Positions 10,876 to 22,829 of a stretch of DNA of 64,000 nucleotides are shown piece after piece. The stretch's first letter is position 1; every line of letters starts with the position of its first letter. The notes under the pieces are model-generated. The model was given only the letters and a program-made list of their open reading frames with translations. It was not told the DNA's origin and did not search any database. Origin of the DNA: Chiloscyllium plagiosum (taxonomy: Eukaryota); assembly GCF_004010195.1 (NCBI RefSeq), contig NC_057719.1:58153823-58217822 (forward strand), given 5' to 3'. The position numbers and the translations under genes are program-made.

Positions 10876-11553
10876 GTTGTGGTCCTGTTCGCCGAGCTGG
10901 GAATTTGTGTTGCAGGCGTTTCGTCCCCTGTCTAGGTGACATCCTCAGTGCTTGGGAGCCTCCTGTGAAGTGTTTCTGTGATCTTTCCTCTGGCATTTGT
11001 AGTGATTTGTATCTGCCGCTTCCGGTTGTCAGTTCCAGCTGTCCGCTGCAGTGGTCGGTATATTGGGTCCAGGTCGATGTGCTTGTTGATTGAATCTGTG
11101 GATGAGTGCCATGCTTCTAGGAATTCCCTGGCTGTTCTCTGTTTGGCTTGTCCGATAATAGTAGTGTTGTCCCAATCGAACCCATGTTGCTTGTCATCTG
11201 AGTGTGTAGCTACTAAGGATAGCTGGTCATGTCGTTTTGTGGCTAGTTGGTGTTCATGGGTGCGGATCCATTCCTAGAGGCATGGCACTCATCCACTGAT
11301 TCAATCAACAAGCACGTTGACCTGGACCCAATATACCGGCCACTGCAGCGGACAGCTGGAACTGACAACCGGAAGCGGCAGATACAAATCACTATAAATG
11401 CCGGAGGAAACATCACAGAAGCGCTTCACAGGAGGCTCCCAAGCACTGAGGATGTTACCTAGACAGGGGACGAAACGTCTGCAACACAAATTCCCAGCTC
11501 AGCGAACAGAACCACAACAACGAGCACCCGAGCTACAAATCTTCTCCCAAACT
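10876..11553. mobile_element. Young Penelope-like insertion: ~250-bp inverted arms around a GIY-YIG fragment, 13-bp TSD
   Basis: ATGGCTCTGAATT at 10863-10875 and 11554-11566; arms ~10874-11124 and ~11270-11520; minus strand encodes IRTHEHQLATKRHDQLSLVATHSDDKQHGFDWDNTTIIGQAKQRTAREFLEAWHSSTDSINKHIDLDPIY. Confidence 0.92.
11443..11482 (+). ncRNA. Minimal hammerhead ribozyme motif (intact core)
   Basis: gca-CTGAGGA-tGTTACC tagaca GGGGAC-GAAA-CG-TC-tgc; stem I gca/tgc. The mirror copy on the left arm has CGCC instead of CGTC. Confidence 0.65.
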
Positions 11554-12714
11554 ATGGCTCTGAATTCTAGGGAGGCCACAGAATTCACTGTCCACAGAGA
11601 TTTAATTACAGTCATGTCATTGCCTGATTTAGGGCAGGACATACATCCCCATTTGGGAGGATATCACCAGACAGAGTTTCTGGCTAATCAAATAACCAAC
11701 AGCTCTTCAATCTCAGCAATGCCACAGAAAGAGAGGCGGCCATTGCTGAAGGTACAGACAGGACCCCAGTGAAGAGGCTGACATAGAACCAGGTCCATTT
11801 TGGGGATGTGGAAAGCAGTTTGAAAGAATCAGGATCTGCAGTACAGGGATGGGAAACACACAGAACTACCTCTGCAGAAGGGACTGTCCATTAAAAAATG
11901 AGTGACTATTAGTTTGCCAGTATTATGTTTGGTAGGGTGGGTGTGTGGGGTTGCGGCGGGGGGGTGTTGGGGGAGGGGTGTGGCGGCGGGTGGATTTGGG
12001 ACGAGATGGTGGTGTTGACAGGCAAGACAATTCCACCCAATAGAACTGTAAACAAAAGGCCTACCTAGAAATGACAGCCTGCCCAAAAAAAACAAATGCT
12101 TTGAACAAAATGCATCAACATTCTAATGTTAAACGAAAGGAAAATAAACGGATAACCTCAAACAATAACATCTCTTTTAGAACCATCCAACCATACTTGA
12201 GCAGACCTGGTCTTATGTTAAATGCATTCATTTGTTGCAAGTCCAAACTATAAAAAAGACTGCAATTTTGTGGAAGCAGTGGGCATCTGGACTTGTTGCA
12301 GAAGATATAGAGATTGGTAACTGTCCTCCACAACTGCAAACTGGTCATTGTAGGGGGCATATGATACTGCCCTCAGTAGGATTATAATTTTAATACATGT
12401 AAGTTAAAAGTTGGTAAAGCTTACGGTGCGACCTCTGTTCTACAAAACTGCTTATTACAATATCAAGCATGCTGCGAGAGACCATGGATCTCATTTCATG
12501 CCACATTCCTCCACAGTAAACAAGTTCCATCCTCCTAAACCTTAACTGCATAAATCCACAATCTTGGTTCAGATTATTGTAAAAATGGAATGCATGTGGT
12601 ATTCCTAAGATTTTAAGTAGCACAGGAAATGTGGGGAAGGTTAATAAGTTATATATATAAAAAAGAAAAAAAAACAACGAATAACATAAATAAGTAGCTC
12701 ATTAAAACACATAA

Positions 12715-13640
12715 ATGGTGACAAAGTAAGCAATGTGTTGCTACCACAGAATGCGGGAGCTCATGACAACAGTGCAATCTAGACCAACCGTTTTGCAGTA
12801 ATAGTTTGCAGCTCTAGAAGCTGCAGCTGAGAGTTCAGAAGCTGTAGACAGAACTACAGATATTGTGACCCATGAGGGAGTGGGACAATTATCTGTACAT
12901 TTTATTTTTGATGGCAGCCACACTTTAGCACAGAGTCTTCTGATTTAGTCACTGGTCAGGCAAAGGAAGGTGTAAATACAAGTGAGGCAAGTCTGAGGAC
13001 CCAGAGGAGTGCAGGCAGCTCAGCTCTTGAAATTTTCCAACAAGCTTGAGATTCTTTCAGTTTGTTTGGAGAGAGTGAAAGCTGGATTAGCTAACTTGTA
13101 TTGGTGTTGTGGTGCAGGAAGTTATTCAAGTGAGAGGAGCAAAACAAATGTACAAGTGGTACAAGTGAGAGGAGTTGACATCATTCTCTGCAGTAAAGAA
13201 CAAGAGTCCAGAAGGCTATATGGCCTGGCTACTGCCAGGATTTTGGACCTGCTCAGAGGATGTAGGGTGAGAAAGGAAAGTTATTATTACCACATAGATC
13301 CCAACCACATAGGCTGGACATAGAATGGTTCTTCATAGCAATTTGAGGAATGAGACACCAGATTAAGAAGCAGAACCTCAAAACATATTACTTAAGTCAT
13401 GAGTAAATTCTCATTGAGCATAATAAGGGAAATGTATGTGTGTTTCAGAATCTGTTGTGGGAAAAATGTGGACTCTGGGTGGTAAAGCACAAGAATTGGA
13501 AGAAGTGGGATTTGTATTAGTGAAATAGTCTCCACTGAAACCATCGTGGAGCTGGTGTTCGAGTGAGTTATACTTCTAGTGAGAATTACAGAGGGTCATA
13601 GACTAAATAATGGTGGGCAGGCAGGGGGAACAAAGAGTCC
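12715..13640 (+). mobile_element. CR1 LINE ORF1 remnant (Cys-rich/coiled-coil N-terminus and SGNH esterase-like domain)
   Basis: ORF 13009-13323 'VRGVDIILCSKEQESRRLYGLATARILD...HIDPNHIG' resembles the CR1 ORF1 pattern VRG.D..LC.....SR..CCLPGARV.D...HVGTNDIG; upstream 'KLQLRVQKL*TELQIL'. Confidence 0.6.
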
Positions 13641-13679
13641 AATTTTGGAAGAAAAGACTGTAGAAAGCTACAGAAAATG

Positions 13680-13840
13680 ATTTGGGAATCCTTGTGCATG
13701 AATCACAAAAAGCTAGCATCCAAGTTTAACACGTACTATGCAAGGCAAATGGCATGTTGACCTTCATTTCAAAGGGAATAGAATATAAAAGTAGGGATTG
13801 CCTTGTTAAAACTATTCAAGACACTAGTTAGACCAGATGG
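13680..13840 (+). mobile_element. CR1 ORF2 3' fragment
   Basis: 'gatttgggaatccttgtgcatgaatcacaaaaagctagc...aaggcaaatggcatgttgaccttcatttcaaaggga'. Confidence 0.7.
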
Positions 13841-13842
13841 AA

Positions 13843-14947
13843 TAGAACAAAGAATAGTACAGCCCAGTACCAGCCCTTCAGCTCTCAATGTTGTGCCGGC
13901 CTTCTATCCAACTCTGATATCAGACTAACCTACATATCCTTCATTGTACTAAATTCCATGTGCCTATCCAAGAGTCACCTAAATGTCCCTAATGTATCTG
14001 GACTTTCCACCCACTGCTAACAGTGCATTCCATGCACCCACCATTCTCCGAGTAAAGAACTTATCTCTGACATCTCCCCTAAACCTCTCTTCAATTACCT
14101 TAAAATTATGTCCCTCATTTCCGCCATGGGAAAAAGTCTCTGGCTATCCACTCTATCTGTGCCCTTCAACATCCTGTACACCTCTATCAAGTCATCTCTC
14201 ATCCTTCTTCACTCCAATGAGAAAAGCTGTAGATCCCTCAACCATTCTTCACAAGACATGTCCTCCAGTCCAGGCAACATCCTGGTACATCTCCTCTGCA
14301 TCCTCTCTAAAGCTTCCACATATTTCCTATAGTGAGACGACCAAAACTGAACACAATATTCCAAGTGTGGTTGAACCAAGACTCTATAGAGCTGCAGCAT
14401 AACCTCATGGCTCTTAAACTCAATCCTCTGCTAATGAAAGCCAACACACCATTTCTTAACAACCCTGTCAATTTGGGTGGCAACTTTGAGGGTTCTATGG
14501 ACATGGTCCCAAGATCCTTCTGTTCCTCCACATTGCCAAGTATCCTGCCTTTAACCCTGTATTCTACACTCAAATCCGACCTTCCAAAGTGAATGACTTC
14601 ACACTTTTTCAGGTTGAACTCCATCTGCCACTTATCAGCCCAATTCTGCATTCTGTCAATGTCTCATTGCAACCTACAACCTCCCTCCACATTATCCATC
14701 ACTCCACTGACCTTTGTGTCAACGGCAAACCCACTACCCACCCTTCCATTTCCTTATCCAAGTCATTTATAAAACTCACAGAGGTCCCAGAACTGATCCC
14801 TGTGGAATACCACTGGTCACTGAGCTCCAGGCTGAATACTTTCCATCTACCACCATCCTCTGTCTTCAATGGGCCAGCCAATTCTGTATCCAGACAGACA
14901 GGTTTCCCTGATCCCATGTCTGCTTACTTTCTGAATGAGCCTACCAT
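13843..14947 (-). mobile_element. 5'-truncated CR1 LINE (RT C-terminus and tail)
   Basis: ORFs 14307-14651 (WADKWQMEFNLKKCEVIHFGR) and 14209-14400 (LYRVLVQPHLEYCVQFWS); tail near 13845. Confidence 0.92.
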
Positions 14948-15025
14948 GATGAAAGATCGCAGAGCTTTACTTTATGGACAAAATTGAGTTTCCTAGTGAA
15001 TGAACACGGAAGCTTGGTATGTAAT

Positions 15026-15890
15026 GTTATGATCACAGCTTTTGGTAACACTGGACAAGCCAGAAACTAGAGTAATACCTGACTTGACAGACCAATAGCT
15101 TGTTTTTGTAATTTTGTTTCTGTGCTGATCAGTCACTGAATGTATGAACAAGAGAATGTCAATGTACTTTTAAAATAAGAACAAAGTTCATGATACACAA
15201 AAAAAACAAAATATTTTACACCATTCAAAGCTGGTGAAAATGGTCTTATTACAAATATCAGAACTAAAGATTCAACCTTTTTGCACTCAAGAACAATCTT
15301 ATATACTCATTCGCTCCATATTAGCTTCTTCAGTTAACGAAGCTTCACAAAATACTAAACTGCTAATCTCTCAACATTGACTCCTTAACCTCCCCTTCCA
15401 GAGCCTTCAGTTTCTCTGCTTTCTCATAATTACATCAAACCACTTGGGACTCATTTATTCCTACTGACTGTTCTGGAGATTGCAGACTGCACTTCCCTTG
15501 CAGACTTTCCCATCCTGAATGACTTGCTTCTATCAGAAAGAAACGTGCACACTCAATGAGCATTTGGAGGGTTCTGTATTTATAAAAATAAATTGTTGCT
15601 GCCTCTATCATTCTTTATCATAGGACATCTTCCTATTGGGAGACAGTCTAATATGTTCACATCTACCCTTTTTTAACATGCTGAATTATTCGCCACACGG
15701 GTTATCTTAAAGGGCTCATTTAATTCCAAGCAAACACATCTCCCAATATCCTTTCACAGAGCTTAATGGAAGGACTTAATTAGGGTGTTAATTTGATTTT
15801 CTTAGTTTCATATTTAAGTTTTAAGCTATACATGGTTCTGTCCACATTTGAACAAAGTTGCCAAATAATCACACCATGATCCTTCATCAC
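15026..15890. mobile_element. Possible old solo LTR
   Basis: ~865 bp bounded by tgttatgat...catcaca, similar in style to the LTR ends at 53010 and 61809; no clean TSD. Confidence 0.25.
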
Positions 15891-15959
15891 ATAAGTAATT
15901 CAGAAAGTTAACAAAATGCAGTCATTTATTAATCAAAGAATCAAATAAAGAAGCAGGGA

Positions 15960-16235
15960 GGCAATCCTTCCAATAGGAGGTAAAAGTTTACATTATATAA
16001 GTAACATATCTGGAGAATTGTATGCTGTATTAGTCTCCTTAAAGAAAGAATGTAAATGCATTGAGGCAGTTCAGAGGTTGAATATCTGGAATTAATGATT
16101 TCTCTTATGAGAAATAATTGGATAGGCTGGGCTTGTATCTGAAGCTTAAAAGAATTAGAGGTAGCACAACTGAAACATACAAGATCTCAATGAGTCTTGA
16201 CACAGTGCATGAAGAAAGGATGTTTCTCCTTATAG
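15960..16235 (+). mobile_element. Decayed CR1 ORF2 3' fragment
   Basis: 'gcattgaggcagttcagagg...cttatgagaaataattggataggctgggcttgtat...gaaacatacaagatc'. Confidence 0.7.
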
Positions 16236-16237
16236 GC

Positions 16238-16367
16238 AAAAGTGAGGACTGCAGATGCTGAAAACCAGAGTTTAGATTAGAGTGTGTGCTGGAAAAGCTC
16301 AGCAGGTCACGCAGCATCCGAGGAGCAGCAAAATCGACGTTTCAGGCAAAAGCCCTTCATCAGGAAC
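16238..16367 (-). mobile_element. Short PLE tail insertion starting at a hammerhead core (16336-16363)
   Basis: Minus strand: ttcCTGATGA-aGGGC tttt GCCT-GAAA-CGTC, then the family tail; cttatag occurs on both sides. Confidence 0.8.
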
Positions 16368-16371
16368 TCTT

Positions 16372-16688
16372 ATAGTCATAGAGTTACAAAGCATGGAAAC
16401 ACACACTTTGGTCCCATTTGTTCATGCCGACCAGATGTCCTAAACTGATCTAGTTCCACTTGCTAGCATTTGGCCATATCCGTCTAAATTCTTCCTATTC
16501 AGTACCCATCCAGATGCCTTTTAAATATTGTAATTGTACCCACCTCCTCTCGCAACTCCTTCCGTACACACACCACGTTCTGAATGAAAAGGTTACCTCT
16601 CAGGTCCCTTTTAAATCTTTCTTCTCTCACCTTAAACCTGCTAGTTTTGGCCTCGCCTACCCTGGGAAAAAGACCTTGGCCATTCACT
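16372..16688 (-). mobile_element. HER1/CR1 LINE 3' end
   Basis: ORF 16499-16786 part 'GLFPRVGEAKTSRFKVREERFKRDLRGNLF'; tail 'tagtcatagag...gcatggaaaca'. Confidence 0.85.
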
Positions 16689-16691
16689 GTT

Positions 16692-17060
16692 GGGTGATGC
16701 AGTGACTCAATCGTTAGCACTATTGCCTCACAGTTCCAGGGACCTGGGTTCGATTCCAGCCTTGGGCAACGGTCTGAAATTTGCACGTTCTCCGTATGTC
16801 TGTGTGGGTTTCCTCAAGGTGCTCCAATTTCCTCTCACAGTCCAAAGATGTGCAGGTTAGGCAGACTGGCCATGCTAAATTGCCCATAGTGGCCAGGAAT
16901 GTACAGGCTAAGTGGATTATCCATGGGAAATTCAGGATTACAGGGACAGGGTATGAGGGATAGGGTCAGGGTGGGATGCTGTTCAGAGCGTTGGTGTGAA
17001 CTCAGTGGACTGAATGGCATGCTTCCACATCATAGATATCCAATGATTCTATGATTCTAT
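16692..17060 (+). mobile_element. HE1 SINE
   Basis: tRNA-like head with ggttcgattcc, HE1 body, (atgattct)n tail. Confidence 0.9.
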
Positions 17061-17064
17061 AAAA

Positions 17065-17560
17065 GCCTACTATCTGCCTGGAGAAGCACTGACATCTGCC
17101 TTGTTCAAGTCCAGTGACTGGATGGAAATGGCTGAGAAGGGCAAGTTGGCACAAGGTTCTCAGGCAGGAACCTAAAGGTCCAGTGTGACATGGTATTGCA
17201 TACTAAGTCCATCGCCGATCTGCAAGACAGATAGAGGGTGCTGTGTCTCCACACCATGTCTGCGAGATTGCCACTTAGGTCAGTGCTCTTGCCAGGCTGT
17301 GAAGGATCAGGCAGCATTGCTGCTATCCACTAGTAGAACATGCATATTCTTTCACTCTCATAGACCTGTCTTGCCATCTTTCTCAACTGTTGCATTCATC
17401 TCCCACCAACACGTCTGTTCAGACATCCCATCTGTTGCATTTAGCATTCTCCCTTACTCCCTCATCCCTCCATACCTCTAACCTTTCATCCCCTTCATGC
17501 TGCCTCTTTACTCCCCACAGAACATGCCCTGAAATCTTGGTGGCGGTATCCAAAATCAAG
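17065..17560 (+). mobile_element. Probable Harbinger/PIF remnant with a decayed Myb/SANT-like ORF
   Basis: From ~17128 MAEKGKLAQ/RFSGRNLKV...EIAT*VSALARL*RIRQHC; parallels 29220-29420. Confidence 0.4.
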
Positions 17561-17599
17561 GTCCTTTAGAGTAAACAGAAAGTTGAAATTGCCATGTAC

Positions 17600-19525
17600 A
17601 TACAACAGGAAATGAAAAGCAGCATCGTAAGAATCAGTGAAAATCAAGTGGCAAAAGGGAGGAGGAAACTTTGATCAGTCACTATCACTAGAGGAAATAC
17701 AATGTAAATATTAATGTGATTAAAGGTTGACATGTCCACTTGGACCTGCTGATCAACATTTTGAAACTGGTAGCTGCAGAGGTATTGTTGTAATCTTTCA
17801 AAACTTCCAGATCTGTAAATGCCACAATGGCTAGGAAACCTACAGGAAAGGAGGTAGCAGAATGCAATAGATTTTAGGCCAGATAGACTATGTCTGTCAT
17901 TTGGAATATATGAAAATCCTGGATGTAAGTTTGCTTGCTGAGCTGAAAGGTTCATTTTCAGACGTTTTGTCACCATACTAGGTAACATCATTAGTGAGTT
18001 CCAGTGAAGCACTGGTGTTATGACCCACTTTCTATTTGTGTATTTAGGTTTCCTTGGGTAGGTGATGTCATTTATAGAAAGCGGGTCATTTCATCAGCGC
18101 TTCACCGAGGCTCACTGATTATGTTACCTAGTATGGTGATGGAACGTCTGAAAAGAACTTTCCAGCTCAGCGAGGAAACTTACATCCAGAACCTCAACCT
18201 GAGCTACAAATATTCCAAACTCCCTAATATAAAGATTCATTAAGTAGTTAAGGGATATTTAGAAAATTATAATATGGTCATATGAAGTTAACTGAGCTTT
18301 ATGAAAGGATATGATGCTTGTTACTATAGCTCTTTGAGGGAGGATAAATGGGAAGCAGTAGATGTAGTGCATTGGATTTTTTAAAAGGTGTTTGATGAAA
18401 TGTCACAGAAAAGATCATTACACAAGATATAAGCTCATGGCATTGGGCTAATATATTAGTATGGATAGAGGATTGGCTATCCTACAGAAAACAGATTTGG
18501 GATAAGTCAAAGATTTTCAGTTTGACAAACATCAACCAATGGAATGCCACAGGAATCAATTTCAAGACTTCAAATATTTATGACCTAAGATTTTGATTTG
18601 ATGGAGAGACCGACTGTATTGAACCAAATTTGCTAAAGATGCGAATAAAGTTAGGAAAACAAGTTTTGAGGAATGAAAGAGTCTGCAAAGGGACAGAAAT
18701 GGGTTAGATGAGCGAGCAAACATTTGGCAGATGGATTATAATGAAGATAAACATGAGGTTATCTCAATTGTCAGATGGAAATTTTTTGCAGATTGCTACA
18801 GCACAGAATGACTTTGGTGTCCATGTACATGAACCACAGAAAAGTGGTATGCAGATACAGCAAGTAATTAAGACAAATTGAATGTTATTGCAAATATTTA
18901 TGGCAAAAGCACCAAAATATGAAATTAAATCTTATTACAAATGAACAGGGCATTGACAAGAGTGTACCTAGGATAACCCACGCAATTTTAGTTACGTTAC
19001 TTAAGGAGGCACATACTATATTGGTAGCAGTACAGAAAAGGTTCACTGGGCAGATTCACTGGATTGAAGGGATTTCTTTAAATGAGGAAAGGTCAGCCAA
19101 TTTAGGCCTATATACATCAGAAATTAGAAGGTGGCCAAGTGATCCCATTGGAACATATAAAGTCTGAGGAGATAACAATGAGAGGATTTTCTCAACATCA
19201 TATTACTCCACCCAATACAGGAATCTGGAACGAGGGCCACAACTTCAAAATTAGGTATTTTTTATTCAAGGCAGAGATGAAGAGAAATTTGTTCTCTCAG
19301 AGGGTCATTTGTGTTTGGAATACTCACCCCCAGTGAACCATGGAGGCTGAAATATTGAATAAATGTAAGGTTGAGTTCGAGAGTTAATTGGTTGACAAAT
19401 GTCTCAAACAGTATGGAAGACATTGAGAAAAGCAGAATTAAGGCCACATCAGATCATTCATGATCTTATTGACTGGGACAGCAGGCTCAAGAAGCTAAAT
19501 ATCTACTCTTACACCTATTTCTGCT
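17600..19525 (+). mobile_element. Decayed CR1 LINE ORF2 and tail
   Basis: RT landmarks in order (attttaggccagatagac; gatgtagtgcattggattttttaaaaggtgtttgatgaa; ccaaatttgctaaagat; tggcagatggattataat) and ORF 18919 'AVQKRFTGQI..IEG'. Confidence 0.85.
17917..18223. mobile_element. PLE-derived inverted pseudo-LTR pair inserted in CR1
   Basis: ~17919-18040 is the inverted copy of ~18073-18190; same family as 9130-9668; both hammerhead cores decayed. Confidence 0.85.
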
Positions 19526-20597
19526 GCTCTTCAGTGAAGTTTTGCATTTCATTGAGAAAAATTTCAAAGATGCAGAAAACTGATCAAAACTTCTGACTGT
19601 GTCAATAATAATGCAAAAAAAATGGTTATTAGCAATGCCTGCTTGTGGTGAACTGAACTAACATCATGGAATAAATCAGAAAGATCCAGTCATTTGATGT
19701 CAGATTCAAAACCCAGGCTGCAAGATCCTTAAAAAAAGTATATTTCCTGAACACTCATGCAATACAGTGAAACCAAAGTTAAGCAATCATGATAAATTTG
19801 AAGGTCTGGCCTTTATAAAGTTAAATTTGTGTGTCATGTTTACCTTTATTAAGCCACAAAAATATTTCATGCTGATGCAAGGAAAATCAAAGGTTTATTC
19901 TGCATACAGTAATTTGAAAGCCACATGGTCACTTCATCCTTTTGCGTTTGATTAAAAACAGTTGCATAATTCTGTTTACAGAAGACCACAGCTATGTGTC
20001 TACAAGATAGCTTTACTATATCTATGAAGAGGTTAGAAACTAGCATAATCTTTTCACATCTCGAATTTTTTAAAGCCAACCATCTAACTAGGACCCTACT
20101 GTGTTTCAACACCAATTTACATTTTTGGATGATATTGAGGCATTCTGCAATTGTCAGCCAGAAATATATTAAAATTGGGCACTTTCAATCCATTGAAATG
20201 ACAACATTGTTTTCAATGAAAAAAATGCTAAAGACTTTCTGCAATGCCATACCTACCAGTAAACTCTGAGGAATTTGTCCCATGACATTGTTGTGTGTGA
20301 AGAGACATAGATCTGCAGCTAATTTGATCAGAGGACCAAAGGGGTATTCTGAATTGCAAATCATTTATTTCACACTTTTTTGCATTATAACTCTCCGTAC
20401 GTTTCTCAGTGTTTGCTTATATTGGACACCATTATTGCAAGTTTCATTTGAGTGGTGAAACATGGAGTACAAACAGTAATAACAAAAATATGGCAATGTA
20501 TGGAATCACATGTCAGCAAAGCATCATTTACACTTGATATTGAGGTGCCAACTGCTGCTACTTCAACACAGTACAAAGGAAAAGAACTGTGGAAATC

Positions 20598-20700
20598 CAA
20601 AACAAAAACACAAATTGCTGGAGAAGCTCAGCAGGCCTGGCAGCATCAGTGGAGAAAAAGCACAGTTAATGCTTCAGGTCCAGTGACCCTTCCTGAGAAC
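20598..20700 (-). mobile_element. Short PLE tail insertion, decayed hammerhead at its 5' end
   Basis: Reverse complement: gttctcaggaagggtcactggacctgaagcattaac...ggcctgctgagcttctccagcaattt. Confidence 0.65.
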
Positions 20701-20929
20701 ATAGGTACAACGTGCTGCACTTTGGACAGACCAAAATAACCGTACAATTAACACATAAGAACAAAGCTACACTGTGCTACTGCATTGCAAATCCAGCAAT
20801 GGGAAATTAAACAACAAACAGGAAGAGGAAGCTGTATGAACATTCTTGTCCTTTAAGATGGAGTAGTGCAGCATGTGAATACACAATACAGTGTGAACGC
20901 ATCTCCAACCATCTTTAGCCAGAAGTAAA

Positions 20930-21835
20930 AAGTGGATAGCACTTCTCAACTTCTTTCTAAGGTCTACATCTACACAGATGCCATCTTCACCCAATCCAAT
21001 TTTCCCCCATGTGATATTAAGAAAGGTTTGAGTCATTGACAGCAAAGACAACACTGACATCTACTTGGAAATGTCAAAATCTTCCCAGCTATGTCCTGTC
21101 TACAAAAGCGGGGCAAATCCAATTCAGCTAGTTACCATTTCATTCATCGACTTATAACCATTAGCCAAGCGAGGAATCATTGAGAGTGCTAGCAAGCAGC
21201 ATTTGTTCACCTTTCAGCTGTTCACACACTCAGTTTTCATTTCATTTGAATGATATGAATGTAAACCTCAGTACAACCTTAGTCTAATGATGGACAAAAT
21301 GGTAAATTTCAAAAGAAAGATGTTTGGTCTTGATATCAGGACAGCATGTTATGGTATGGGCCAAAGAAGACCGAGCAAAACTAATGTTAACATGCATCAG
21401 CAGGAAATCACTTCAGTGGTGGGAGTTTTCTGTGCATACATTGTTTGCTACACTTCCAATGACAGTGATAATACTTCAAAAGGTACTTCATAAGCTTTAA
21501 AGCATTTTGGGATACAATGAGATTGTGAGATATGCTTTAGAAACAAGAGCCGTTTTCTTCTTTTGTACCAAGCACAAAAGGAAGGTGAATGTAGTTATTT
21601 AATGATGCAAGTGATCGGCTCCATCTGCAGTTCCACAGATAACAATGTCTCTTCATTATGCACTAAGGCTTGGATAACATCCAGACCTGAGCTGACAAGT
21701 GATATTCTACTATCGAAATAGTAAACAATGATCATTTCCAAAACAGGTGAGATTAACTACTGTTCGATATCCCAATGATAATACCATTGACAAACACCCC
21801 AGCATCAAAATCCCATTGACGAGACACGCAACTGG
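20930..21835 (+). mobile_element. Highly decayed CR1-group family B pieces with an embedded L2/SINE-type tail (~21440-21562)
   Basis: 'atgtcctgtctacaaaagcggggcaaatccaattcagc' and 'cttgatatcaggacagcat' match 37598-37850; 'acttcaaaaggtacttcat..taaagcattttgggat' resembles an L2/SINE tail. Confidence 0.55.
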
Positions 21836-22720
21836 ACTAGCTATGAAACATCTGGACAATGAAGCCACCTATATCAGACTCCTGCTCATCAACTACAGCT
21901 CCACCTTCAACACCATTATCCTTTTCAGACTGATCTCAAAACTCTGAGACCTAGGTTTCGGCTCCACCCTCTGCATATGGATCTTCAACTTCCTGACCCA
22001 TTGACTGCAATCAGTGAAGATAAACAACTGCACCTCCTCTATGATAACACTCAACACTGGAGCCCCCCCAAGGAAGCATTCTCAGACCACTACTGTACTC
22101 CCTGTACAGCCACATGCAGTCACATTCTGAATGAATGCCATCTACAAGATTGCTAATGACACCATGATGACATCATGGGTAGCAAACAATGATGAGTCAG
22201 AATAGAGAAAGGAGATAGAAGGCTTAGTGACGTGGTGCAATGATAACAAACTCTGCTTCAATGTCGCCCAAACTGAAGAGCTGATCATTGACTTCAGAAA
22301 GAAAGGTGGAGAACATGCCCCCATTTACATTAACGGAGCAGAGATTGAGAGGGTTGAGAGCCTCTTTTTCCTCAGGCAGTTCAGGAAATTTGGCATTTCC
22401 ATAAAGACCCTCACCAACGTTTACAGATGTAAGATATTGTCCAGGTGCATAACAGCCTGATGTGGCAATTGCTCTGCCCAGGACCATTGGAAATTACAGA
22501 AGGTTATGTGCACAGCACAGACCATCATGGAAGCCAACCTTCCATCCTTGGACTCCATTTACACGTTTCATTGACATGAAAAGGCTACCAACATCATCAA
22601 AGACTTATCCCACCCTGGTAATGCTCTTCTACAAATTCTTCTGTCAGGCACAAGATACAGAAGCTTGAACACACACACCAGCAGGTTCAGGAACAGATTC
22701 TTCCCTACTATTATTAAATC
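21836..22720 (+). mobile_element. Rex1/Babar LINE, 5'-truncated RT and 3' end
   Basis: HLDNEATYIRLLLINYSSTFNTII..LISKL; ITLNTGAPQG; WCNDNKLCFNVAQTEELIIDFRK; LFFLRQFRKFG. Confidence 0.85.
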
Positions 22721-22829
22721 AGCTGTTTCCATATTGGTCTCTTTTAGAAAAGATTTTAACTAAAAATATTTTTAAGATATTAGAGAGGTTGGATAACATT
22801 TATTTTATACAAGGAGTGTTGTAAGGCAG

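Larger units (their letters stand above)
10830..12038. mobile_element. Possible old non-autonomous DNA transposon (Harbinger-like), hosting the PLE at 10876-11553
   Basis: Imperfect terminal inverted repeats gggggaatttt ... acaattccaccc; no coding evidence. Confidence 0.25.

Noticed and set aside
11930..12015. G-rich tract as a functional G-quadruplex
   Set aside because: Low-complexity sequence inside a probable old transposon; nothing supports function.
12426..12605. Minus-strand exon candidate inside ORF 12390-12677
   Set aside because: Weak splice sites, no recognisable peptide, and it lies just upstream of a CR1 ORF1 remnant, so it may be LINE 5' UTR.
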